This document shows positions 1 through 10,752 of a stretch of DNA of 34,901 nucleotides, one piece after another. The notes beneath the pieces were generated by a model. That model was given only the letters and a program-made list of their open reading frames with translations. It ran no database searches and was not told where the DNA came from. How positions within the stretch are numbered: the stretch's first letter is position 1; the number at the start of each line of letters is the position of its first letter. The position numbers and the translations under genes were made by a program. Location of the stretch: NCBI GenBank assembly GCA_043745805.1, contig JAYTSD010000010.1:1-34901 (forward strand), written 5' to 3'. Origin of the DNA: Fibrobacteria bacterium (GTDB lineage Bacteria; Fibrobacterota; Fibrobacteria; UBA11236).

Positions 1-2
1 CC

Positions 3-1937
3 TATTCTACTTCGGATCACGATGAATTTTATAAACGCAGCAATACGATAATTTATAATACCAAAATGCTTTATAATTTATCTCCCTTTAGCAATCCAAG
101 TTATAAACCCTTGGCTTTCGGCGAAAAGCAAAAATATTTTCCTGCTGCTTTGGCTAATTTAGAAATTACACCCTTGCCAGAAAAATTGAACTTAACCCTT
201 GCGGATTTATCTTATGCACGCACAGACAATTTAAATAAACCCATACAAGAATTAGATCGCCCGGTATTAACCCGTAACTTCGATGTAGAGCTAAGCCATG
301 GTGTCGATATGGAATGGCGTTTGATTAATGTTTTTAATTTTGGTTATCGCTTATCCGTAAATCGAAATTTTGATCCGCAACATCAAAGTTTTGCCGATGG
401 TATTTTTGAAACCGACAGAAGTGTGCTTGAAAATAAACAGCTGGCAAAAGATTTGGTTTTTAAATGGGATGATGGAGAGGTCAAACCAGGCCATGATGGC
501 AATGATTATTTTATCGTGGCTAATGAATTCAACCGCAACCAAAGCTATCACATGGACTATACTAATAATAGTTTTGCTTGGTTAACGCATGGCATAAATT
601 TTTCTTCTGGATATAAACATACACGCGTGAATGATGTGTTAGGGCCGGATGGAAAAACCGTAACCCGGAATGAACATTTTGAGGCCAGCTCAGATCATGA
701 TATTAAACTAAGCTCTAGCTTAAGCTTGCCCACCTTATTCAGCAGCTTAAGTTCGGGAATGCAAAAATGGAAATCCTTGGCTACTGCTTTTGATAATTCC
801 AAAAAGGGTTTAGACTATTTACACTTTCGTAATATCGACGCTAGTTATTCGGTTTCGCACAAATACAATAATGAAGAGTTTACCTATGCCTTTTTAAATG
901 CCAACCCTAGTCGATCCAATTATGATTTTTATGCTTATTCCCTCGGTTGGCTTTATGATTTTGAAAACTTAGGAACGATTTTTAAAGGCGAGCCAAGGCC
1001 TACTAATTTTGATTATCTCATGAAACCGAATGACTCTATTTACGCTTCACAATTCAATCATGTGGTAAATAGAACTATTGATATTAATTCCGGATTTACG
1101 TTTCCCGGAATCGATTTAAGCCTAACAGGATCAGTAAAATACAGTAAAGGCTATACCTTGCATCGCGGCCTTTCCCCTAGCGATACGTCCATTGTTTTCC
1201 CCGATATTTCTTCTACCGGAACATTGGGGGACTTTTCCAATAAAATTCCCCTTTTGCATAAACATTTCCGCACTATGACAGCAAGTACCACTTATAATTA
1301 TCGCGACGAACGCTCCAATATCGACCAATTCTCTAATAACCAAGAAGTGCATAAAATATCACATAAATTTAATCCACTTTTACGTTTGGCAGCTACCACA
1401 AATGGCGATATCCGCTTGGAAAACAGTTTTAATTTCGGGTTTGACCGCAGTAATCTTTTCAATAAAATTCGGCCCAGCGTCATCGATTCCGTTACGAAAA
1501 AAATCACTCCGGCTACGGCCCCTTTTCTCTGGTATAACGGGTATGCAAATTTGCCTGTTTATGTGCGCTCAGATACCTTAGTCACTATTGATTATCTATA
1601 TACCTTTGGCGATGATTTTTCGGTTTCCTATGATGTGGAAACGCAAAAAGGCATCCAATTTTGGCGCTATTATGTCAAACTGCAAAACAATTTGCGTTTA
1701 AAAACTACGGTCGGCGCCAGCTATGCTTTAGAAAAAAGGGATGAGCCCGACAAATTACCCCATCGTGATAAGGATATGTTCAATTGCAGTGTGAAGCCGG
1801 AAGCCACTTATAGTTTTACCAACAACGTGGATGCACTCTTCTATCTGCTATATCGCTATGAAAAATTGTTTCATACCGCCACTAAAGAAAGCACCCATCA
1901 AGTGGAAATTCACGGTGAGTTTACGATGCGCTTTTAA
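3..1937 (+). CDS. sprA: Large outer-membrane beta-barrel protein, SprA-like (T9SS translocon); 5' end lies before the window
   Basis: The frame is open from position 3, so the ATG at 66 is probably internal. Amphipathic beta-strand pattern and terminal Phe (GEFTMRF). The segments 'ISHKFNPLLRL...DRS' and 'SVKPEATYSFTNNV' resemble the SprA C-terminus as I recall it. Confidence 0.62.
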   Translation, partial: YSTSDHDEFYKRSNTIIYNTKMLYNLSPFSNPSYKPLAFGEKQKYFPAALANLEITPLPEKLNLTLADLSYARTDNLNKPIQELDRPVLTRNFDVELSHGVDMEWRLINVFNFGYRLSVNRNFDPQHQSFADGIFETDRSVLENKQLAKDLVFKWDDGEVKPGHDGNDYFIVANEFNRNQSYHMDYTNNSFAWLTHGINFSSGYKHTRVNDVLGPDGKTVTRNEHFEASSDHDIKLSSSLSLPTLFSSLSSGMQKWKSLATAFDNSKKGLDYLHFRNIDASYSVSHKYNNEEFTYAFLNANPSRSNYDFYAYSLGWLYDFENLGTIFKGEPRPTNFDYLMKPNDSIYASQFNHVVNRTIDINSGFTFPGIDLSLTGSVKYSKGYTLHRGLSPSDTSIVFPDISSTGTLGDFSNKIPLLHKHFRTMTASTTYNYRDERSNIDQFSNNQEVHKISHKFNPLLRLAATTNGDIRLENSFNFGFDRSNLFNKIRPSVIDSVTKKITPATAPFLWYNGYANLPVYVRSDTLVTIDYLYTFGDDFSVSYDVETQKGIQFWRYYVKLQNNLRLKTTVGASYALEKRDEPDKLPHRDKDMFNCSVKPEATYSFTNNVDALFYLLYRYEKLFHTATKESTHQVEIHGEFTMRF

Positions 1938-2156
1938 AGGCATTTACAAGCTAATCTCAACGACTTAGCGGTTTTATAATTATCTTTACCCCACAATTAT
2001 TTTAGGATGAAACCGTTTTGCGGGATCTCATGGCTTTTTTTATGATTTTTCGCCTTAATTTGTCTTAGGCGGCCTCATTTTTGCACCTGACAGAAATGAG
2101 TTTCAAAGAGTGAAATATTTTATTTCTTCAGGAAAAATGAATTGGAAGGATTTTTA

Positions 2157-3725
2157 ATGAATCATTCACCGCGTCCGATCAAACCCAAACGGGAAATTTT
2201 GATCAATGTACGCCCATATGAACAAAGAATTGCGATTCTGGAAGACGGACGTCTTTCGGAAATTGTTTATGAACGCCCCGAAAATAATCGCATAGTCGGC
2301 AATATTTATAAAGGTACGGTCAATGCTGTGCTGCCCGGTTTGCAAGCCGCTTTTGTCGATATCGGTTTAGAAAAAGCCGGATTTTTGCATGTAGAAGATG
2401 TGATTAGTCGCGAAGCGCTTTTGTCGGAATATGATGATGACGATGCCAAACCCGCTAATGCTTCTAATGCGCCGCATAAAACCATTGACCAATTATTAAA
2501 AGTTGGCCAAGAGTTGGTGGTACAAGTCACCAAAGAGCCAATTAGCACAAAGGGCGCGCGCCTTACGACCCATCTTTCTTTTGCCGGACGCTTTTTAGTT
2601 TGTATGCCAGGCATTGATTTTATTGGCGTGAGCAAAAAAAGCCGCGATCCCCAACAGCGTCGCCAGCTCAAAAAGATGATTCGCGATTTAAAATCGCCTG
2701 ATTGCGGTTATATCGTACGCACCATTGGGCTTAATGAAACTGAATCTGAATTTGCCATGCAAATGAAGCAGCTTGAAAGTAAATGGGAAGGTTGCAAAGG
2801 CAATATTGGCATTATGTCTGCGCCCGCTTTGGTGCATGAAGAAAGCAATTCTAGCGAAACCACTTTGCGAGATTATTTTTCCGAAGATGTAGATGCGGTT
2901 TATATCGATGACAAAATTGAACACAAAAATGTTATCAGTTACCTCAAAGTTTTATCGCCCGATCATATCGACAAAATAAAATTGTATACCGGTGATATTT
3001 CTCTTTTCGATCATTTCGGCATTGAAGAAGAATTGCAAAAAACTTTTGCGCGCAAAGTGCCTTTGAAACGTGGCGGCTACCTCGTCATTGATCAAGCTGA
3101 AGCTTTGGTGGCTATTGACGTTAATACCGGTGGTAAAGTACGTGGCACTAATCAAGCGAAAAATATTGTGGAAACCAATATTGACGCGGCTTGGGAAGTA
3201 GCGAAACAAATGCGCTTACGCGATTTGGGTGGCTTAATCGTCATTGACTTTATTGATATGGAAAATGAAGACGATAAAGAAACCGTAGTGAAAGAATTCA
3301 AAAAAGCGATTCGCGTCGATAAAGCGCCGATTAATTTTTCCACGCTTTCACAATTCGGTCTCATGGAAGTTACTCGCAAACGCGTACGTCCCGATGCGGT
3401 GCAAGAGCAGAGTAATGATTGCCCTACTTGTAAGGGCGCTGGCTATATTCCTTCCAAGGAGTCCGTGATTGCCAATATTGATCGTTGGTTCAAACGCTTC
3501 CGCGCCAAAAAAGGCGAAGGCTCTATTACCCTAGCGCTGCATCCACAAATGATCTCCCATGTCGTGGAAAATCGCGCTATCATATTTAAATACTGGGAAA
3601 AAACCCATAAAACCAAAATCCAATTGGTGGAGGATGATAATTCAAACTTCGCAGAATTTCGTATATTTTCCGGCCAATCAGGAGAGGATATAACTCCCAC
3701 TTTCGCGAATGCGAATGATAATTAA
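2157..3725 (+). CDS. rng: Ribonuclease E/G family (Rne/Rng)
   Basis: S1 motif GNIYKG..V.PGLQAAFVDIG, QVTKEPISTKGARLT, catalytic AIDVNTG and IDFIDM, Zn-link CPTCKG. No long C-terminal scaffold. ATG at 2157 follows AAGGA; the ORF track starts at TTG 2142. Confidence 0.93.
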   Translation: MNHSPRPIKPKREILINVRPYEQRIAILEDGRLSEIVYERPENNRIVGNIYKGTVNAVLPGLQAAFVDIGLEKAGFLHVEDVISREALLSEYDDDDAKPANASNAPHKTIDQLLKVGQELVVQVTKEPISTKGARLTTHLSFAGRFLVCMPGIDFIGVSKKSRDPQQRRQLKKMIRDLKSPDCGYIVRTIGLNETESEFAMQMKQLESKWEGCKGNIGIMSAPALVHEESNSSETTLRDYFSEDVDAVYIDDKIEHKNVISYLKVLSPDHIDKIKLYTGDISLFDHFGIEEELQKTFARKVPLKRGGYLVIDQAEALVAIDVNTGGKVRGTNQAKNIVETNIDAAWEVAKQMRLRDLGGLIVIDFIDMENEDDKETVVKEFKKAIRVDKAPINFSTLSQFGLMEVTRKRVRPDAVQEQSNDCPTCKGAGYIPSKESVIANIDRWFKRFRAKKGEGSITLALHPQMISHVVENRAIIFKYWEKTHKTKIQLVEDDNSNFAEFRIFSGQSGEDITPTFANANDN

Positions 3726-3781
3726 ACTATAGAACAATTTTAAAAATTAACAGGAATTAATGCCTAAGCATTAAAGGAATC

Positions 3782-3861
3782 GCGAAAGTGGCGGAATTGG
3801 CAGACGCACTAGACTTAGGATCTAGCACTTCGGTATGGGGGTTCGACTCCCCCCTTTCGCA
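3782..3861 (+). tRNA. tRNA-Leu (anticodon TAG)
   Basis: Acceptor stem GCGAAAG/CTTTCGC with discriminator A. D-loop GGAATTGGCAGAC. Anticodon arm CTAGA-CTTAGGA-TCTAG. Variable arm AC-TTCG-GT. T-arm GGGGG-TTCGACT-CCCCC. CCA is not encoded. Confidence 0.96.
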
Positions 3862-3877
3862 TTAAAGAAAGGTAAAT

Positions 3878-5113
3878 ATGAAAGCAACATTATCAGAAAC
3901 TAAAAGCACAGAGCGCTTACTGGAAATTGAAATTCCACGCGCGCGCTTGGATAAAATTTTCCAAGATAAAGTGAAAAAATACAGTAAAGAAATTCGCATT
4001 AATGGCTTTCGCCAAGGCGCCGTGCCAAAAGAAGTTATCGCCAAGCGTTTTAAAGATCCTCTCGATAGAGAAAGCATGGAAGCTTTATTAGACGAAGTGA
4101 TCAAGGAAGCTTGCAAAGAACATAAAATCGAACCAGTAGCCCCTGGCCGCATTGATAAATTAGAAAATGAAGGCGACAAGCCCATTTTTGTTAAAGCCCT
4201 TCTTGAAGTGGATCCAGTTTTAGATTTAAAAGATTATCAGCACAATGTTCCAGTGAATATTCAAGCCGCTCCCGAAAGCGAAATTGAAAAACAATTGCTA
4301 ACCGTGCAAAAACGTTTAGCCGAAGAAAAACGCGTAGAACGCGCTGCCCAAAAGGGTGACGTGGTCGTTGCTGAATACCGCAGCATTGTGGTAGATGGTC
4401 AAGTGCAAGCCCTTCCCCAAAATCGTGATTTCCGTTTAGAAATTGGTTCGCAAGGTATTGAAGAATTAGATGCAGGACTTTTGGGCTGCAAATCGGGCGA
4501 AGAAAAAATTTTGGATTTCACTTTTCCCGCGACTTACGGTAATGCCGCATTAGCCGGAAAAAAAGGCGAATACAAATTATACGTTTTGGAAATCAATGAA
4601 TTATCCTTGCCTATCTTAAACGATGCTTTCGCTATTAAAGCGGGTTTTGATTCCTTGGAAGCCTTTAAAACACGGATTCGTGCGGATCTCGACAAACAAG
4701 CTTTAGAACAAGCTAAAGAAGTAGCTTATGAAGAAGCTTTAAAAAAATTGATTGAAGCAAATCCCTTTGATGTTCCTAAAGCGCGCATACAAAGTTATGT
4801 GAACTACCAACTAGAACAACAAGGTCATCATCATTCTCCAGGTGAAGAGCATGGCCATGATCATTCGGATTTAGAAAAAGAAGCGGAGTTTAATATTAAA
4901 CGCTTCCGTATTCTCGATGAAATTTCGAAAAAAGAAAATATCAAGCCTTCCCAAGAAGACGTGGACGCTAGAATTACAGAAATGGCCGAATATTATGGCA
5001 CTGATTTCGAGACATTAAAGGCATCGCTTAGAAAAAATGGTAAAATAATCGATATTCGAGAAGAATTAAAGTCACAGAAGACTTTGGATTTTGTCATCGG
5101 TTACAAAGGATAG
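3878..5113 (+). CDS. tig: Trigger factor
   Basis: Ribosome-binding motif INGFRQGAVP, FKBP-like middle domain (FTFPATYG..LAGK), and the conserved tRNA-Leu-tig-clpP-clpX-lon order. Confidence 0.95.
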   Translation: MKATLSETKSTERLLEIEIPRARLDKIFQDKVKKYSKEIRINGFRQGAVPKEVIAKRFKDPLDRESMEALLDEVIKEACKEHKIEPVAPGRIDKLENEGDKPIFVKALLEVDPVLDLKDYQHNVPVNIQAAPESEIEKQLLTVQKRLAEEKRVERAAQKGDVVVAEYRSIVVDGQVQALPQNRDFRLEIGSQGIEELDAGLLGCKSGEEKILDFTFPATYGNAALAGKKGEYKLYVLEINELSLPILNDAFAIKAGFDSLEAFKTRIRADLDKQALEQAKEVAYEEALKKLIEANPFDVPKARIQSYVNYQLEQQGHHHSPGEEHGHDHSDLEKEAEFNIKRFRILDEISKKENIKPSQEDVDARITEMAEYYGTDFETLKASLRKNGKIIDIREELKSQKTLDFVIGYKG

Positions 5114-5116
5114 AGC

Positions 5117-5713
5117 ATGATAATACCTACAGTTATTGAAACCACCGGTCGTTCAGAACGCGTGTATGATATTTATTCGCGTTTATTAAAAGAACGCATC
5201 ATTTTCTTAGGCAATGAAATCAACGATGCAGTAGCTAATACTGTTGTCGCACAAATTTTGTTTTTAGAATATGAAGATCCCGATAAAGACATCCTCTTAT
5301 ATATCAATAGCCCGGGTGGTGTAGTAACTTCCGGACTCGCGATTTATGATGTGATAAAATATGTGAAGCCCGATGTGCAAACGATTTGCGTAGGCTCTGC
5401 TTATAGCATGGGCGCTTTGCTTTTAGCTGCGGGCACCAAAGGCAAACGCTTTATTTTGCCGCATGGTAAAGTCATGTTACATCAACCTAGCGGCGGCGCT
5501 TCGGGTCAAAGTTCGGATATACAAATCCATGCTAAAGAAATTCTCAAAACTAAAAGCGAGCTGAATCGCATTCTCTCCGAAGCGACGGGCAAATCGGAAG
5601 AGGAAATTGCTAAGGCAACAGATAGAGATATGTACATGAATGCCCAAGAAGCCGTGGCTTTTGGGGTAGTCGATGAAATTTTTCAACCGGGCAACCGTAA
5701 AAAGAAAAACTAG
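5117..5713 (+). CDS. clpP: ATP-dependent Clp protease proteolytic subunit
   Basis: [14 protein letters not shown] and YINSPGG. Catalytic Ser (AYSMG), His (MLHQP) and Asp (DRD). Confidence 0.98.
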   Translation: MIIPTVIETTGRSERVYDIYSRLLKERIIFLGNEINDAVANTVVAQILFLEYEDPDKDILLYINSPGGVVTSGLAIYDVIKYVKPDVQTICVGSAYSMGALLLAAGTKGKRFILPHGKVMLHQPSGGASGQSSDIQIHAKEILKTKSELNRILSEATGKSEEEIAKATDRDMYMNAQEAVAFGVVDEIFQPGNRKKKN

Positions 5714-5718
5714 GATTT

Positions 5719-6969
5719 ATGAGTAACGGCAGCAATTTAAGCGTGATCCGCTGTTCGTTCTGCGGCAAAACCGCCGACCAAGTCGACAAAATTATCACCG
5801 GCCCATCGGTACGTATTTGTAATGAATGCGTATTGATGTGCAATGATATTCTGGCCGAAGGCAATGCCAAAGTAACGCAGCCCAATACCCCACAAACCTT
5901 AATGATTCCAGCGGAAATCAAACGCCATTTGGATGACCATATTATCGGCCAAGATCATGCGAAAATTTCTTTAGCCGTTGCGGTTTATAATCATTATAAA
6001 CGTATTGGCACGCGCATGGATGAAAATGGTGTGGAGATTGAAAAAAGCAATATTCTTTTTTTAGGACCTACCGGTTCGGGCAAAACCTTACTCGCACAAA
6101 CTATTGCCAAATATTTAAAAGTGCCTTTCACTATTGTTGATGCTACTATTTTAACCGAAGCCGGTTATGTAGGCGAAGACGTAGAAAATATTATTGTACG
6201 CCTTTTACAAGCGGCGGATTATGATGTAGAACTTGCCGAACGCGGCATTGTTTATATTGATGAAGTGGATAAAATCTCCCGCAAAAGCGCCAATCCGTCC
6301 ATCACACGCGACGTGAGTGGTGAAGGTGTGCAACAAGGTCTATTGAAGCTTTTAGAAGGTACCGTAGCTTCCATTCCTCCTAAGGGTGGACGTAAACATC
6401 CGGAACAAAATTTGGTGCAAATCAATACCAAAAATGTGCTTTTCATTTGTGGTGGGGCCTTTGAATCCTTAGAAAAAATTGTCGCCAAGCGTACGCAAGA
6501 GAACGGCATGGGTTTTGGAGCAAAAATTCGTCGTAAGGAAGAGCTTAAAGTCGGTGATATTTTAAAATTAGCCGAGCCCGATGATTTAATTCAATTCGGC
6601 TTAATCCCTGAATTGGTGGGTCGTTTGCCTGTGATCACCGCCCTCGAAGAATTACCTAAATCCGCCTTATTAGAAATTTTAACCAAGCCTAAAAATGCCT
6701 TGATTAAACAATATACCCGTTTATTTGCCATGGATGGTGTAGTTTTAAAATTTCAACCTGAGGCTATGAATGCTATTGTTGATAAAGCCATGGAACGCAA
6801 AACCGGCGCACGGGGTTTGCGCTCAGTGTTAGAAGGCGTTTTAATGTCCATTATGTATGATCTCCCTTCGCGTGAAGATGTGGCGGAATGCATTATTACT
6901 GAAGAAGTTGTTAATCATAAAAAAGAACCTTTGTTGATTTTGAAAAAATCCAAAAAGAAAACTGCTTAA
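5719..6969 (+). CDS. clpX: ATP-dependent Clp protease ATP-binding subunit ClpX
   Basis: Zn finger CSFC...CNEC, Walker [32 protein letters not shown]. Confidence 0.98.
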   Translation: MSNGSNLSVIRCSFCGKTADQVDKIITGPSVRICNECVLMCNDILAEGNAKVTQPNTPQTLMIPAEIKRHLDDHIIGQDHAKISLAVAVYNHYKRIGTRMDENGVEIEKSNILFLGPTGSGKTLLAQTIAKYLKVPFTIVDATILTEAGYVGEDVENIIVRLLQAADYDVELAERGIVYIDEVDKISRKSANPSITRDVSGEGVQQGLLKLLEGTVASIPPKGGRKHPEQNLVQINTKNVLFICGGAFESLEKIVAKRTQENGMGFGAKIRRKEELKVGDILKLAEPDDLIQFGLIPELVGRLPVITALEELPKSALLEILTKPKNALIKQYTRLFAMDGVVLKFQPEAMNAIVDKAMERKTGARGLRSVLEGVLMSIMYDLPSREDVAECIITEEVVNHKKEPLLILKKSKKKTA

Positions 6970-7006
6970 TTTTATTTAATCCTCTATGGTGAGGGAGAAA
7001 TACCGC

Positions 7007-9412
7007 ATGCGTGCTCACGATAAGCCTTCGCTCCCACTCGATATTCTTGCGAATCCTGAAAAAGCAGAAATCAATACTCAAATTCGTTTGGGTATTCCTG
7101 CTATTCCGTTACGCGACATTGTGTTATTTCCGGGTACCGTAACACCTTTGTTACTAGGTCGTCCTCAATCGCTGTCGGCAATGTCGCGCGCCATGATAGA
7201 CAAGTCTCAATTGGCTTTTTTTTGTTTGCAAAAAAACTCCCAAGATGAAGAAATAAACCCTGACAATGTGCATCCCGTTGGAGTAGTTGGCCGTATCCTT
7301 TCGGCTTTGCCTTTACCCAATCACTTACATAAAATTTTAGTAGAGGCGCTTTTTGTTTCCACCGCTGCCGAATGGAAAGAAGAAGATCATTATTTTCGCG
7401 TGCAACTTTCGCCCTCCCCCAATGAAGTGCCTTCTGCCCAAGTACAGCAGGCTTTTGGCATCATGCAGGCTTCTTTTGATGAATATGTGCAACAAAATTC
7501 CGAGGTGCCGCGCAGCTTATTAGAGTTGCTTGGACAAATCCCTAGCCTTGAAGAAAAGATTTACACCTTAGCGAGCCATTTAAAAATTCCTCTGGCGCTC
7601 AAACAGCAAATTATTGAACGTAAGTCCTTAGAAGAAAAACTAGCTCTGGTGCAAGAGTTCTTGAAAAACGAACAAGACATGGGAATTTTGCAAAGACGCT
7701 TAGAACATGAAGTGCGTGCACAAATTGCCCAATCACAAAAAGAATTTTTCCTCAATGAACAGTTACGCAAAATCCAAGCGGAGCTAGGATCCTTATCCAC
7801 ACCTACGCACCCCGAAGTGCGTCAACTCCAAGAAAATTTAACCGCAAAAGCTTTGCCTGAAAAAGCCAAAGCCAAGGCCTTTGCCGAATTAAAACGTTTA
7901 GATTATTTGCATCCCTCCTCTCCAGAATATTCCGTGGTGCGAAACTATTTGGATTGGTTTTTGGAGTTACCCTGGACCCGTAACACGCATGATAACCTAA
8001 AATTAAGTGCGGTAAAAAACCAACTCGACAAAGATCATTTTGGATTAAAAACGGTAAAAGTGCGTATTTTGGAACATGTAGCCGTCTATCAACTTTCTAA
8101 GCATCATACCACGCCCATCCTTTGTTTAGTGGGCCCTCCTGGCGTAGGCAAAACGTCTTTGGGCAAATCCATTGCCGCTGCGTTAGGGCGTGAATTTGTG
8201 CGTATCTCATTAGGGGGCGTGCGTGATGAAGCCGAAATTCGTGGCCATCGTCGCACTTACATCGGAGCTATGCCAGGCCGCTTGATTCAAGCTTTAAAAA
8301 AATGCCAAAGCATGAATCCAGTTATTTTATTGGATGAATTAGATAAAATGGGCGGTGACTTTCGTGGCGATCCGGCTTCTGCTTTGCTCGAAGTTTTAGA
8401 TCCCGAACAAAATAAAGAATTTACCGATCACTTTATGGAAGTCGGTATTGATTTAAGCCAAGTCTTTTTTGTGACTACAGCCAATGTGGAAGAAAATATT
8501 CCCGCCGCCTTACATGATCGATTGGAAATATTACGCATCTCCGGCTATTATGAAACAGAAAAAGCCGCTATCGCCAAACAACATTTAGTGCCAAAAGTGT
8601 TGTTAACCTCAGGGTTAACCGCAGAACAGTTTTCCTTACCGGATGCCGTATTGCATACGCTTATACGTCGTTATACACGTGAAGCAGGCGTGCGCCAGCT
8701 CTTTCGTCAACTTTCTAAATTGGCAAGACAAAGAGCTTTATTAGTCGTCTCCCAAAAAAAATTACCTGCGGTTACGCCGGATTCTTTAATCGAAACCTTG
8801 GGCATTCCGGTACGTCAAGAAAGACTAGTACCGTTAAGCAGTGAGCCGGGAGTAGTAACAGGACTGGCTTGGACACCTGCGGGCGGCGAAATTTTACGCA
8901 TTGAATGTTCTTTATTATCGGGCAAAGGACGCTTGCATTTAACCGGTAATTTGGGTGAAGTGATGAAGGAAAGTGCGCAAATCGCCTTAACCTTGGTGCG
9001 CGAAAGAGCACGACGCTTTGGAGTTGATCCTGAGGTATTACAAAAAACCGATATTCATTTACATGTCCCCGAAGGAGCCATAAAAAAAGATGGTCCCTCC
9101 GCCGGTATAGCTATGACCTTGGCTTTGCTGTCGGCGATGACCAAACAAGCCGTGAATCCCAAATTTGCTTTTACCGGTGAAGTTTCTTTAACCGGTGAGA
9201 TACATGCTATCGGCGGCTTACCCGAAAAAGCCATTGCGGCTTTGCAAGCAGGCGTACTCGAAATTTTTGTGCCCGCTGAAAACAAACCTGATATCCGCGA
9301 GTTACCTAATGAAGCGAAGCGCGGGTTAAAAATTCATGAGCTCAAACATATTGATTTAGTTATCGCTAAAATTTTCACGTCACCGAATAAAAAGCCTGCC
9401 CTTAAAAAATGA
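7007..9412 (+). CDS. lon: Lon protease (endopeptidase La)
   Basis: LON N-domain (PLRDIVLFPG), GPPGVGKTS, RGHRRTYIGAMPG, catalytic Ser (KDGPSAG) and Lys (GGLPEK). Start placed at ATG 7007 after GAGGGAG; 6986 is the alternative. Confidence 0.97.
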   Translation: MRAHDKPSLPLDILANPEKAEINTQIRLGIPAIPLRDIVLFPGTVTPLLLGRPQSLSAMSRAMIDKSQLAFFCLQKNSQDEEINPDNVHPVGVVGRILSALPLPNHLHKILVEALFVSTAAEWKEEDHYFRVQLSPSPNEVPSAQVQQAFGIMQASFDEYVQQNSEVPRSLLELLGQIPSLEEKIYTLASHLKIPLALKQQIIERKSLEEKLALVQEFLKNEQDMGILQRRLEHEVRAQIAQSQKEFFLNEQLRKIQAELGSLSTPTHPEVRQLQENLTAKALPEKAKAKAFAELKRLDYLHPSSPEYSVVRNYLDWFLELPWTRNTHDNLKLSAVKNQLDKDHFGLKTVKVRILEHVAVYQLSKHHTTPILCLVGPPGVGKTSLGKSIAAALGREFVRISLGGVRDEAEIRGHRRTYIGAMPGRLIQALKKCQSMNPVILLDELDKMGGDFRGDPASALLEVLDPEQNKEFTDHFMEVGIDLSQVFFVTTANVEENIPAALHDRLEILRISGYYETEKAAIAKQHLVPKVLLTSGLTAEQFSLPDAVLHTLIRRYTREAGVRQLFRQLSKLARQRALLVVSQKKLPAVTPDSLIETLGIPVRQERLVPLSSEPGVVTGLAWTPAGGEILRIECSLLSGKGRLHLTGNLGEVMKESAQIALTLVRERARRFGVDPEVLQKTDIHLHVPEGAIKKDGPSAGIAMTLALLSAMTKQAVNPKFAFTGEVSLTGEIHAIGGLPEKAIAALQAGVLEIFVPAENKPDIRELPNEAKRGLKIHELKHIDLVIAKIFTSPNKKPALKK

Positions 9413-10116
9413 ATTTAACAGAACAAATAGCTATTCATCAAAAAGCAATCGAAGTTCGAATAGCTGCAGCCTGTAAACAAGCAGGACGCAGCCGTGAAGA
9501 CATAAATTTGATTTGGGTAAGCAAGTTTCAAGCACGCGAAAAAATATTGGCCGCACAAAGTTTAGGAGCTTTTCATTTCGGGGAAAATAAAGTGCAAGAA
9601 GCTTTGGAAAAATTTCCCTTGCCTAGCCCACATACTTTACATTTCATTGGGCATTTGCAAAAAAATAAATTACGTAAAATTTTACCTATTGCACACATCA
9701 TTCATTCGGTGGACTCACTCGCCCTTTTAGAACTTATTCATCGTGCGGCGGTGGAACTAAAAATTACGCGCGAAGTTTTTTTACAGGTAAATACTTCGGG
9801 AGAAAGTGCTAAGTCGGGATTTTCCCCTGTCGAGATTTTTACCTTAGCCCAATCCATGCGCGGTTTACCTGGGGTTAAATTAATCGGCTTAATGACTATG
9901 GGTCCGCAATCAGAAAACCCTGTAGAAACACGCCAATGCTTTCATACCTTAGCGCAAATGCTTAAGGATTTACGCGCACTTTATGCCGGCCAGCCACATC
10001 CTTTTTCGGATTTACAATTTTTATCGATGGGCATGACGGGCGATTTGGAAATTGCCGTTGAAGAAGGTAGCCATTGGTTGCGCATTGGCACCGGACTTTT
10101 TGGAGGCCGCTCCTAG
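9409..10116 (+). CDS. yggS: YggS family PLP homeostasis protein
   Basis: VSK (PLP lysine), FGENKVQE, HFIGHLQKNK, LSMGMT.D, RIGTGLFG. ATGA overlap with the lon stop. Confidence 0.95.
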   Translation: MNLTEQIAIHQKAIEVRIAAACKQAGRSREDINLIWVSKFQAREKILAAQSLGAFHFGENKVQEALEKFPLPSPHTLHFIGHLQKNKLRKILPIAHIIHSVDSLALLELIHRAAVELKITREVFLQVNTSGESAKSGFSPVEIFTLAQSMRGLPGVKLIGLMTMGPQSENPVETRQCFHTLAQMLKDLRALYAGQPHPFSDLQFLSMGMTGDLEIAVEEGSHWLRIGTGLFGGRS

Positions 10117-10209
10117 ATTCCCCCATCCTCTGCAACGTGCGACTGTGGTGACGGTAACAAAAATGGTACTATTATTAAATCTTGAAAATCTTGAGCCATG
10201 GAGGCAATT

Positions 10210-10752
10210 ATGATTACGCCTTTAGATATTAAAAAACATGAATTTACCGTTAAGTTTCGCGGTTATGACACCGATGAAGTGCATGCTTTATTGGATATGG
10301 TGGCCAAAGATTTCGAAGAGCTAACCCGCCAGAATATGCAATTAGCCGAACGCTTAAAAATCAGTGAGGAGCGCCTTAATCATTATCGTCTCATTGAAAA
10401 AACCATGCAAGATTCAGTGATTACCTTACAAACCACCTTGGATGAAAAACGTAAAGTGGCTGATCAAGAAGCGGGATTGGTTATTCAAGAGGCTCGTCAA
10501 AAAGCCAATGAGGAGCTTTTGCATGCACGCGAACATATGGGTGAATTGCGTGGGGATATTACCATGCTGGAAAATCAAAAATCCCAGTTTTTCTATCGCT
10601 TGCGCGGCTTGCTTAAAAGCCAAACCCAATTGCTAGAAGCTATGATGCAAAATGAAGAAAAAACCGAATCGTCACTGGGAGAAGACGTTCCTCTTATGGA
10701 ACCCATGCCGACTGATTTCCGCCTAGCAAGGGTTCGCGAAAAAAACCTTTAG
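10210..10752 (+). CDS. divIVA: DivIVA domain protein
   Basis: N-terminal ITPLDIKKHEF..KFRGYD.DEV..LLD, then coiled coil. ATG 10210 follows GGAGG. Confidence 0.9.
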   Translation: MITPLDIKKHEFTVKFRGYDTDEVHALLDMVAKDFEELTRQNMQLAERLKISEERLNHYRLIEKTMQDSVITLQTTLDEKRKVADQEAGLVIQEARQKANEELLHAREHMGELRGDITMLENQKSQFFYRLRGLLKSQTQLLEAMMQNEEKTESSLGEDVPLMEPMPTDFRLARVREKNL

